From Kudoa neothunni (Eukaryota; Animalia; Cnidaria), in contig OZ199839.1 of assembly GCA_964304625.1 (NCBI GenBank), positions 9,066,528-9,130,527 on the forward strand: a DNA stretch of 64,000 nt. Reading direction: 5' to 3'. The translations under genes were made by a program, and so were the position numbers. Below the pieces are notes generated by a model, which was given only the letters and a program-made list of their open reading frames with translations, was not told where the DNA came from and searched no databases. Below are positions 52,798 through 64,000 of this stretch, piece after piece (the first letter of the stretch is position 1; each line of letters begins with the position of its first letter).

Positions 52798-54769
52798 ATG
52801 AGAATAAGATTGAGGGCATTTATAGCTGGGTTGGTAGCGGGTGCTGTGATATATTTTTACGTCAAAAACTACTGGCACCGAACAGCAAATGACAATGGAT
52901 GGATCCGATTCAAAAGACCTCAACATTTAAGGGAGAATATCGAATTAGCGCGATTTATCGTGATAGCTTGTAGAACATCATTGTCAACAATCATAAAACG
53001 CCGCAATATACAAAAAATTGAAAACCTTAATTCAATTTATCGGCTGAATTATTTGAAATCATTTTTAGGGGATATTCAATCGCGGAATAATCGAAATTTC
53101 CCATGTTGTATTGAAGAACAAAATTTTAATTGGATTATTTATTTTGATGATGTGATAGAGGTTGCCGAAATAGAAATCTTATTAAAATTAACGTTGGAAT
53201 ATAACTTTTCAAATAAACATATTATTTTTATTCGGCCGCCAAATAAAAGTATTTATCGAAAAAAAACTTTGGTTGTTGCTATCAGTAAATATTTATTTCC
53301 CAATGATTCCCTCTCAGAATTGCTTCGTATTGATAAACTTGTAATATTGAATGGATATTATAAAATAAGAATTGAATATTCTTATTGTGATCGAAATAAA
53401 ATATCTTGCATATCTAAAAGTAATATCTGACAGCAAGTAAACTTAATGGTGGACTTTTAGATATCACCTATGATACACAGATAAACGAGAAAAATGTGGT
53501 ATTTAATGGAAAGCATGAATATAGTAATTTATCCTACTCTAAACTCATCCTATATCTAAACAAGTTGCAAACCTTAATCAATCGACAAAGTATCACAATA
53601 TTTGATAAACAACAAATTTTAATAGATCTTAAAAGAAAAACGTGAAAAATCCAACCAAATATATAAAACAAAATCTAAACAGTTCGTTTATGCTCCATAT
53701 TTCTATCGACCAATGTTCAAAAGTGTTAAAACTGCTAATTGGCTTTCCTACTCAAATGCTGACGGGAATAATTTTGCTGGAAATATTATCCATATTGTTG
53801 AAAAATCCAACCGAAGTTATCGACGAATAATCTACAATATTGAGCCGATTCTTACTCAGTTAGAATCCTTAACTGAAGTCCATTACTTTCAAGAAAAACA
53901 AAAATTTAAAATTGTTATAATCATAAAAATAAATAGTAACATGAAGTAATTTTAAATTTTGAATCAATACCTATGATTATTATTAAGATTTTTAGATTCT
54001 GTTTTAAAGGAAATTCAACACGGCTTAGATTCTGTATTTGTGCACAAAATAATACTTGTAACAAAAGCTGGAAACCAGCAAAAAATCCCCCCTACCTATT
54101 TGACGAAACCAAATATAATAATTTTGGGCTTAGAAAGGCTTCGAAACGGATTGCATTTAATATCCACAATTCACAAACTATATTTAACTACAACTAACTA
54201 TAACTCCAAATCTGTTAGAGTTATTGTTGTTAGTGATAACTACAAAGTTGGAAGTGAATTTTTTAAATTTTGCATTGAGAAATTATCGACAACTGAAGTA
54301 TTTTGTATTTTTTGAACTTTTAATCTTATCTTGCAATAATAGATTTATTTTCCTGTGCCATTTTCTGAAATCAACCCCGTTTTTATAAAAAGAAAATATA
54401 ATGAAATGAATTTAAGTATTGGAGATATGGAAAAAACTCTTATGGAACCTCCGATGACTACCAAATTTAATTACACATGGAGCGATATTTTCTGTGGTAA
54501 CATGGTTTCATTACTAAAACTTCAACATGGTCACACTCAAAATGTAATTATATTGAGATAAGTACAATTACTGATTAATTTAGATAAAAGTGATCGTTTC
54601 GCCTGATAAAAATGTACTCTTAAAATTTAACCAACTAAAAAAGCTCTATTCTATCAAAATGTTAGCAGAAACAATGGCTACACGAATTCAACTTGCAAAT
54701 TTTCTCTATTCTAATTTTATTCACAACAAAATTGGAACATTAGACAACTCAACTTATAATAACTATTGA
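52798..54769 (+). CDS. Divergent chondroitin synthase / polymerizing factor (CHSY/CHPF) family protein, multi-exon
   Basis: Type II signal anchor (AFIAGLVAGAVIYFYV). EFFKFC...IYFPVPFSEINP resembles CHSY EFLQRC...IYFPIIFSQYDP, and TMATRIQLANFLY resembles the family C-terminus. The junction at about 53500-53625 is uncertain. Confidence 0.62.
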
Positions 54770-54871
54770 ATATAGACTCAATAATAAAAATTATATTTTT
54801 TCCAGAATTTATAAATTAATTTATATAAATTAGAGAACGTGATTTATGATATCTTTTAGAAAATAAACGAT

Positions 54872-54936
54872 TTAACCCTCTAACGATCATTAAAACGACT
54901 TACCCACAACGATCATTTCGGGTAGAATCGACCCCA
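54872..54936. mobile_element. piggyBac-like terminus
   Basis: ttaaccctctaac is identical to the 15753 end and is followed by the palindrome gggtagaatcgaccc. Partner end not identified. Confidence 0.5.
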
Positions 54937-55740
54937 CATTTCTATTTAATTTTTCTTTACTATGAACAATTTTCTTTCGGTTTAATAGATATGCAAGAAA
55001 TCTATCGAGGAAGTTTTGAGTAAATTAAAGTTTACTATCCCACTAATCTTCGATAATCCGTTAATATTACATATTACATACTGAGGAAACGGCGGCTACA
55101 TTGTGAAATGAGATTCATCTATACAAACTAATTTAATGCTGCTAATTATTACAATTTTAGCGAATTTTTATTGAAATTAAAACTAACATAATAGGTAGCT
55201 TTATGACTTTGTGCACAACAAAAAATCACGCATTCCAACGTTCATCCATAACATAAGACTACCTATGTAATATATGATGGCTTTTGGTTCAATTTTTTTC
55301 AATTTTTAAACATTTAATGCAATATCTAACCGAATGGTCATTTCAAAAATGGCGATTGCACAATCCGCAAATAACAACAATCAAGCATTGATATTACTCT
55401 CAACGTTGTATAGACGGTTGAGCGCGGTGGAGAGTTAAAAAAATGGTTAAACATTTAATCATAGGAATGAGTGGATTAATTATAATAAATAATTGTTGAT
55501 ATTAACGTTATGCATTTGATACAATTTAACACCTATTGCTTACAGAAAATACGAAACTCTTGTCCTTATAGACATTTAATTAATAGTAGGCAACTGCTAA
55601 AGATAAAATATGACGTTTGATAAAAAATCATAGTTGTTACGCTCGAAAGTGTCTATTTGCACAACAAATGTGTGTGTGCGCGAAGATTTAAGGATTAATT
55701 ATTTTCGGTGTTATTTCTCGCCTTATTCATTGGTTATAAT

Positions 55741-57575
55741 TAGGGTTTGCAATTTTCAATTAAAATCAATTTCCGTTGATTTAAACCATCGAATTTGAAA
55801 AAACGTGTCACTTTTTATTTTTTTCGGTCGAAAAAAGCATATTTTGTTCAATTGAAAACCTTGAAAGTGGGAAGAAAACGTCGAGAGTTTATTGATTATT
55901 TAATTGAATGGAGTGACTTGGAAGTTGCGGCAGACTCATTATCATAAAAATATTGCAAGCTAGTTTTACCCCTTAAACAAAACAGAATACAAGAACATGT
56001 CGGATCTCAAAAACACGCAACTATGAAGATTAATGTGAAAAACACTATCCCCATCAAAGGTATTTTGCATCGTGATAGATCCGACTCAAGCGAAATTGAA
56101 ATGGACCTAGTAAAGATTGTATTCCTTAATGGTCTTCCATTCCAAGTTGTCAATAAAGATAGTTCATTGAGGAATTTTCTTTTTAAATATTGCCCAGCTT
56201 CATGATCATTGCCCGATGGAAGAGTTCTTATCGATAAACATATTTCCTCATATTTTTGAGGAGTATGGATGCAATTAAACTAGCAATGGTAGATGTTCGC
56301 TTCAGTTTGATAGTTGATGAATCACCTGGCTTTAATAATAGACCTATTTTCAACACGTTGGCTTGTTATTACGATCATCAATCAAATAAAAAAATGATAT
56401 TTATGTTAGATTCATACAGAATTTTAAAGTGCAATTCTGTTATTGTTGCTAATCAATTATCAAACGTGCTGAAACGTTACGACTTGGTATGGGATAACTG
56501 TTGCGCTATTATTTCGGATTCGGCGTCATACATGAAAAAATTCATCAATGATTTGAAAGCAATGTATCCACATATTATTCGAATTCCATGCTTTTCTCAT
56601 ATTATCCACCTTGCTGTCCGAAAAGCTACTGACGAATATTTCTTAGATATTAAAAAATTCTGCATGAAGTTTTCATCTATTCTGTCAAAGAATAGAAATG
56701 CAAAGAGAACATTTCTGGTTCATCTCAAGAGCAACGATTTGGAAAATGTCAAAGAAATTCCTCGTGTCATGGATATCCGTTGGTATAGTATTTACAATTG
56801 CTTAAAGCAAATAAGAGAATACTACTCAGCTGTTGTCGATTTTCTAAATGAAGTTAAACCCTTAGAATTCGGAAAACGTCTAAATGAAATTCTACTAATT
56901 AATTCTGAAAATATCAATGTCTTATTTCACTCTGTCACTGTGTTAATTGATGAACTTACGCCGCTGGTTGAATTTTCGGAACGTATTGAAACTAACGATA
57001 AATTTTGTTTTTCAAGTATATTCGACTGGATGAATAATGATTTTCTGAATGATCACAAAGATAATCTTGGACTTCCTCCATTTGAAATTAGAACAAATCT
57101 TATCAATAAAATTGAATCTTTTCGCGGGAGCATTATCGAAAAAATCCATGATTTTAAATCGAACAGTATTAATGATTGTTTTCCATCAGCCATTTTCTTT
57201 AAAACAATCAAAAGCATTGATCCAAAAAACGCCATTATCGATTGAAAATGTACATATCGATGATCTTTGTTATTTAATAGGGGCTAAAGACAAAGTTATC
57301 CTTAAAGATGAATACAATTTCCTTTGTAAGGCAATTATGGATTCAAATCATCCTTCTATCACTACAGAGTTTTGGAAGGAAAAATCCAATATTTGCCTAT
57401 TGCTGTCAAAACTATCGTTGGATTTTTGTTGGCATTACCCATTTCATCTATCGCTGTAGAACGAAGCTTTTCGAAATTAAATTATATAATTCGAAAAGAA
57501 CGAATGAAACTCTCAAATGAACGCGCTTTAATGGTTTCGATGCTTCATTCTAACGGTCCATCTCTATTTAACTAG
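55741..57575 (+). mobile_element. hAT transposon with near full-length but disrupted transposase
   Basis: FSLIVDES, ISDSASYM, IPCFSHIIH (CxxH), IRWYS, ISSIAVERSFSKL. Several stops and frameshifts. Candidate left TIR tagggtttgc at 55741; right TIR not found. Confidence 0.9.
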
Positions 57576-57906
57576 TAGTTACTCAAAATAATTATTTTTA
57601 TTCTATAAATCTACCAAATTATTCGATCGCGAATTTAGGTTATTAATTCCATCAGTTATGTTACATACTCGAAGATTTTGCCCCACTTTTTATCAAAATC
57701 TCCCCAACAATAAAACTTCCACCTATCTAAGAATATCAAAGATAACAAAAAGTGGGAATAACAAATTTTCAAGCAGTTTTTATAGCTTTAGTTTATTATC
57801 ACATTGGAATAATAAAAATCCATTCTAATTCTATAAAAGCCGCAAAAGAAAGAAAAAAGAATTTTTTGGCATAATAATACAACATTAAAATACAAAATAC
57901 AAAAGT

Positions 57907-60900
57907 CTACGAAAAAAGAATGTAGATTCCATAACTTTGTTGATGTCAAACTCATCTATTATATAAGAAAAGCACTATAATATAATCGTTGATACTAGAA
58001 CAAATGTACCTTTAAAGGGGATGGTTGTGATGTAGTTTGGAAGGCTAAAATCAAAATGTATTAGTAAAAACAAAATAGAATATAATATATACTCATCAAT
58101 TTCAGAGTTTTTCAAAACGGATTTTAAAAACACCTCAAATATATCCGAGGTATGCAGTCTGACAAATTGTTTTCTAATAATCTATAAAAATGACGATTAT
58201 AAAAACAACAAATTCAGCGGCATTTTATGTACATGGTTGAGAGTGTCAACATCGGCAGGATGGGTCCAAAAAGAATCATGCACCGACGCGAAAGCAATAC
58301 CATGTCTTTGACAATCAATACAGGACAACATCATATGAGCAGCATCAAGACTATGGATGAAATTAGGACTCATAGCTGCACGATGTTTTCGAGAATCTTG
58401 AGTTGGTACAGGATAGAGATCCTAAATCAATAGAATCAGTAAATAATTTGGAAAATATATGAGATATGCTAGAGACAAATTATCGTACATATTTTCCCAC
58501 AGTTTTGTTAACGTAGTATTGGTTGACCACAAAATTGAGGGGAGTATCCCAGGTGACAGGTCGGCCAGCGGATGCGATTTCATAGCCGATAGTTGACAAC
58601 CATTCCTACCAGCCAACATTGTAGTTAGTATTGATAACAAATAGCTACCATAATTTTGACAGCGGAACCAAACAATGTTTCCAGTGCGATAAATATTTCC
58701 TTGCTGATGTATACCGAGCACATTTTAATTTCATCCGAATTGAGAATATGCTTGGCATTTAACTTTTTTTCTACCTGCGCAATAGCGCCCATAAAAGTTA
58801 CACCGTACACAAATGTCATCACAGTAGTTTAGTTTTCACCACATCTCTATCGATTGCTTGCCCATTTTGAAGAAGTTTTGCCATTTTTGGCACGCTCTTG
58901 ACACGTTCTCTTACCAACTTGGCCACATCAGCATAGACGTCGTTGGGTCGATCATTAGGCTCCAAATTCACCGACCTAATCACCCAATATTATTTATAAC
59001 CACAGAAAAACCATCAGCAATCTTTATTCACCTTGCACCATGGGGATTTCTACCAAGAGCAGCAAAATGTTGAAGACCATTGCATGAACCATCCTGATGG
59101 ATAGGGAATCCGCTTTCGTAGTCTGGATCATCTATAGCGGCTTTGATTTCATAACAGGTGGCCAGAGCTTGCCACTTCTTTTTCGCATTATGCCACCAAG
59201 TATTATTGATTGGATCGGTAGCAGATGCGACAATGTTTCTGATGTTGTTGTCCACAAATTGGATTCGTTCAGCTAGGGTCGAGTCTTTGTTGGTGCCGAG
59301 TTGATTGAACAGATGTAACTTGAGCCAGAATAGACCGCGCTCCCCAACTCGTTTCTTCTTAGCAAATACTAACATCGAACGTATGATGTCCGATCCATAG
59401 TGGTTGAGAAAAACAGAATCGGGATAGGCTCGACCTCGGAAATCCAACAAATGAGGTATATAGAAAGTTCTTCCACGATAATACTCACAAATTGAGATGA
59501 TCTTAAAAAAATTCAACCAATCATTGTATTCTTTAAATTTTTCCTGTCGATAATTGAGAGCTCGTTTGAGACTTTCACTGAATGTGGAAACTCTGTGGAT
59601 TGAGCCACTTCCCCCAGAGTGCTGAAACGCTTGTTTTAATGAAATAGGTGCACACTCCGAAATGATATCCATATGATTATAATCCTTGTTGTTTTCAATG
59701 TGTTTGATAACCACATCTAAATGGTTGAGATTGATAGTCCACGCGAGTGATCCTAATGCAGTGACGGTATCCAAAGCAGGAGCCATACTATGGCTGAGAC
59801 ATCGTTGACTGTGCTCAAGACGTATCATTGGTTGAAGTGTGTTGAGAACCAACCCCTTACGTAGATGCACCGAATTCCCCAGTGTAAAATCTATGTACGG
59901 TACAACTGGGGCCAGTCGAGGCAGCCTATCGGTTGCCAACTCCAACTTAGAAAAGTACACATTTTCGTACAATTTTTCCAGTTGTTTATTGGCCGAAAAC
60001 ACAATAACCTGAGTCTGCTCTTCAGTGGCTCTCATCACAGGATTGAAAGCCAAGTTCCCTTGGTGATCACGGAAATTATTTAGTATAAACCTTACTATGT
60101 GGTCAGTTGTCTACAACAAAACAGAAGGTAAAAACCAATGAACATCAATACATGTGGATAGTGTTTTCCAAAGATTACATTATAAAAATTCGAACATTAA
60201 CTGTATTAACTATTTACTTCAAAGACAAAAGCCAGTAAGATTTATGGCCTAAGATTTGACTGTATAATGAATTTTAAGTGTACAATTTAAATCTATATTT
60301 CAAATAAAAGGATTACATAATTTTAGAATAGATTTATCACTTAAGTTTTAGAATTTTTGTGCTCAGAGTCATTGGGGTTCAAAAGCGCAAAATTAATTTT
60401 GATATAGCATAAATTTCTATATCAACTTAATATATGCGTAAAGATTAGGGTTTCTACGTGTGTCACGCATCACGTTCACCCTTTTTGGAAACTATGAAAG
60501 GTGGGGTATTAGATTTGGGCTAATAGACGACCGCGCTATATATAGAAAATGGAAGTTTTTACGAAAAATAAGACAAATAAAATCCCCTCTTCATCTTTAA
60601 ACGCGCTGTGAACTTAATTATTTAAATTAAAATCAAGAAAATTATGGAGTAATTATGTTAATTATTGGGTTTAACAGTATATGGAACTAAGGGTTTTTAG
60701 TTGAAACTCTAAAGACCGCAGTTTTCTCATTTTCTCCTGAATCGATTAGTTTTTGATGTAACGAATATCAAGTTGAGCATTTTAATTATTCCGTATGTCG
60801 CGCCACATCACACTCACTCTTGCAATCACGCACAACGCTTATATCATGAGGTACATGCCTTTTCCAACAAGCATCAAGCATCCCTTTTTTTAGAATCTTT

Positions 60901-63805
60901 AGTAAAGATTTTTTAGGATAATACAAAAAATTGAAATTTTTCTACTTTGAATAAAAATGGTCTAAATTATAAAATATAATTTATTAAATTGTATTATCGT
61001 AAAATAGATCAATACACATTCCTTTAAAGTTAAAAAATTCATTCATAATTTTATTCCAATTAAACTCAAGAATATAAATTATAACAACGAGGGTTTTTTA
61101 CTTGAAATGATCATAAATAATTCTATAATATGAATATTATGTGATTTCCTTACCGATTTGTATATCATACAATACAAAAGCGAGTATAACATCGACTAAT
61201 TTTTTTGATAAATTTTAATTTTGTATTTATCTACAAATGAACAACTAAGCCGTATTATTATTATTCTGTTACTTAGGAAAAATTATTAATTATACACCCG
61301 GAACCTATTTTTTCCTATTAAATGCTAACATTATTCAAAAACTTGAAATTATCAGTTATTAAAGGTTTCAATCGGTTAAGGTGAACTTTAAGATAGTATA
61401 ATCTGCCAAAAATTAAATTAATCCAATTATTGTAATATTTCTTTTATAATTTATTCATTATTACAAACTTCAACTGAATACTTTGTTTTCTCACTTAATA
61501 AATTTAAATTTCGATAGGTTAGGTTAAGTGGCATTACAAAACACCAAACGTTATTTAACTTTACTGGTTAATTATGTCTTAAATTGCGAGTTAATAATCT
61601 TGAAAATTAAATAGCGAGATTAAGAATTTTAAAGGTAAACAGGCAATTACATTACCCTAATAACAATCCTTAATTTATTAATTTATTTAAATAATTCATG
61701 ATAATTATTTAACAATAATCATAAATTACAATTTCACATATAAATTAATTTATTATACTAGCTAAAATCAACCCCCCAATGTAAATAAAAATATATTTTA
61801 AAGTAATTAATCCCTAAGACAATTATAAATTAATTTGAAATTTTATCATTCCGGAATAATGTAGAGCTTTAATTATTAATTAAATTCAATTGTAGGCGTA
61901 TTCTACATAAATACTTTACTTAATAGAAGAGATTAAATGATGTTAAAGCAATAGTGTTTAACAAAAATTGTGGTATCGTGTGGATTTTGGACTATAAATT
62001 ACAATAACAACGGATAATCTTTAGGAAACACACGATGTGTGCGAATGAACATACAGACAATTTGATTTCGTTAGTGGAAATAACCAAAGGCAAACACGGC
62101 AACACCCCATACCATTTAAGAGCAATGGACAGCCATTGTTCTCTCGGTAGAAGTTGGGAGTTGCCAGCTTCGGTGTTCATCATCAGTTGATAATACTCTT
62201 TGGTGACATCGGACGCAAATTTTGTGCAACCAAATTTAACAGAAAACTTTTCACGGAATATTCGCGCAAACATGTGTCCAATACGAAAAATCAAAGTGCT
62301 CACCGACACACCGTATGTAGAAAGCAAACCATCGTACAGAATATTGCTGATAATCATAGAAGCTAGACGGTCGCATTCACTTTTGCAGAAAAACAAGCTG
62401 AAACCATCTGCTTTAGGTTCGTTTTCAGCTTGAGGTAGCGCTAAACTATCTGCAGCAGGTGTTTTCATTCCTACAGTTGTTTAAATAACACCCAAAGAAA
62501 ATGCGTAAAAATAACTTGAAGCATGGATATCCTGAAGACAAGTTGATAACAGAGATTTCCATCGTTTGGTTAGATTGTCAAATTTGGCAACCTCATCTGA
62601 GCTGGGTTTGGTTTTCTTTAGATAATCAGGAATCGGTATAGAAGTGAATCGTTCGTAAGTGGATCGACTGTCATTTTCTGAGTGTTGAAACTCTTCTTCA
62701 CTAAAGTCTACACTTTCATACGGTAGCTTGTTCGAATACAACGCACATTTCAACTCTCGAATCAAATCAGGATCGTACAGTTGTTTGGCCAGCAATGACA
62801 AATTTTCGATTTTTGTCAATCTCGAATCGATATGCTCTTCTAGCGAGAGATTGTGATCATCTAACAACTGTTTGAACGCCTCCAAATGAACAGGAAGCAT
62901 ACTATCCCAATATTTGTAATTTTTCAACAAATGCTACAAATTCATTGGTTACAGTTAGTTAAATACTTGAACCCATGTGTCACATAAAAGAGACAAATCA
63001 TTTACTTTCGCTAAATCTTCAGGATGAAAATTCTCGTGGTAGAATACAGGTAATGGTTGGTTTCGTTTGATGAGCATTTGATAGGAGATCAGGTTGGCCA
63101 TATGCAACAAATCATCACCATAAGGATAGTTGGTGGCGATAACTTTTGATCCTACGTCGATAGAGAAATCAGCAAGTTTCGATTCGACTATCAACGCCAA
63201 AATAACAGCCGGAGATAGAGAGAACATGCGACGGGTTTTAACGCAAGTTTTCATGGCGTTCTCCAAATCGCCACGAATCAAATGAGCAAATATGACAATT
63301 TCGTTTTTGTTGGTGTGCATTCTTGCCCAGCTGTAGAGTTTTGAGAAACTTTTCGAGTATTTCAACTGATGTTTTGATGAGGTTGTTCTCTCTAGAAAAA
63401 TTATCGAAGAGAAATCGAATAAAAGCAAGAAGAATAACGCGACTCCAAATAAATTACTTTGAGATTTTGATGTTGCTTGTAATTTGTTGTTGATATTATC
63501 AACTGGAGTCTCATTTACGGAAAGCTCATCCTCATTGTTAACAAATGAAAATATATGAGTATCTATTGAGGATCTGTTGACGGTATTTGTTGAGATAACA
63601 CTTTCTTTACATTCTCTTCTATAGGAAATATTAATGGAGTTTATTGAATGAATAAAGGTATATTAATAGATCACTTAGCAACGATAAAACCGTTATTACG
63701 AAAAGGTCTTTTACTCGCCAACAAACCACCTAAATATCGTCTATTTGAGTGGTTGCATTGATTCACCCTCTTTGTCCAACGTAAGGCAATGCATAATTTG
63801 AACAT
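57907..63805 (-). CDS. POLRMT: Mitochondrial T7-like RNA polymerase, multi-exon, with one frameshift in motif B as assembled (possible pseudogene)
   Basis: Presequence MFKLCIALRWTKR...RRYLGGLLASKRPFR; DFRGRAYP, GLFWLKLH, PIHQDGSCNGLQH (motif A), VMTFVYGVT (motif B), PNFIHSLDAAHMM, SVHDSFWTH (motif C), STFFFS*. Confidence 0.95.
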
Positions 63806-64000
63806 AATTTGAAATCAACGTGGCCGCTATATTAATCGTTGAATAACATTTATAATTATCATTGTGTAGTTGGTTACTTATTAGAGAAAAATAGAGGGTA
63901 AATTTTTATATTTTGCAATGGGAGAATTTTTAAAGTTGGACCAGCGAAGGAGTGAACAATAGCACTCTTCTGAGCAAAATTTTGAAATGTAATGTGTGTT

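Noticed and set aside
59028-60053. T7-like phage RNA polymerase suggesting a prophage or viral insertion
   Set aside because: It is one exon of an intron-containing nuclear POLRMT with a mitochondrial presequence.
62471-62491. 21-nt micro-intron in POLRMT
   Set aside because: An upstream same-phase GT donor gives a 45-nt intron typical of this genome; cannot be decided without cDNA.

Overview
Very AT-rich eukaryotic (animal) nuclear DNA. Genes are split by many short GT-AG introns (mostly about 40-70 nt), so the ORF track only shows fragments; I rebuilt exon chains by hand. The compact introns and divergent proteins suggest a fast-evolving parasitic metazoan such as a myxozoan (inference only). 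Genes, in order: two tandem SLC17-like transporters, a possible degraded 7TM-like gene, HTATSF1 head-to-head with YjbQ/UPF0047, FAD synthase tail-to-tail with ANKRD49, SDHA, RPL7, MRPL1, an orphan ORF of about 820 aa, ALYREF, a chondroitin synthase/CHPF-family gene and mitochondrial RNA polymerase POLRMT. The gaps are filled with decayed and nested DNA transposons (hAT, MULE, piggyBac, pogo, Helitron ends, MITEs) and two tRNA-like heads. Main result: POLRMT is otherwise complete (presequence, motifs A and C, terminal FFFS) but has a 5-nt tandem duplication inside catalytic motif B that shifts the frame to a stop, while SDHA and MRPL1 are intact. This is either early loss of mitochondrial transcription or a heterozygous allele/assembly error. 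I found no convincing wholly new multi-gene system.
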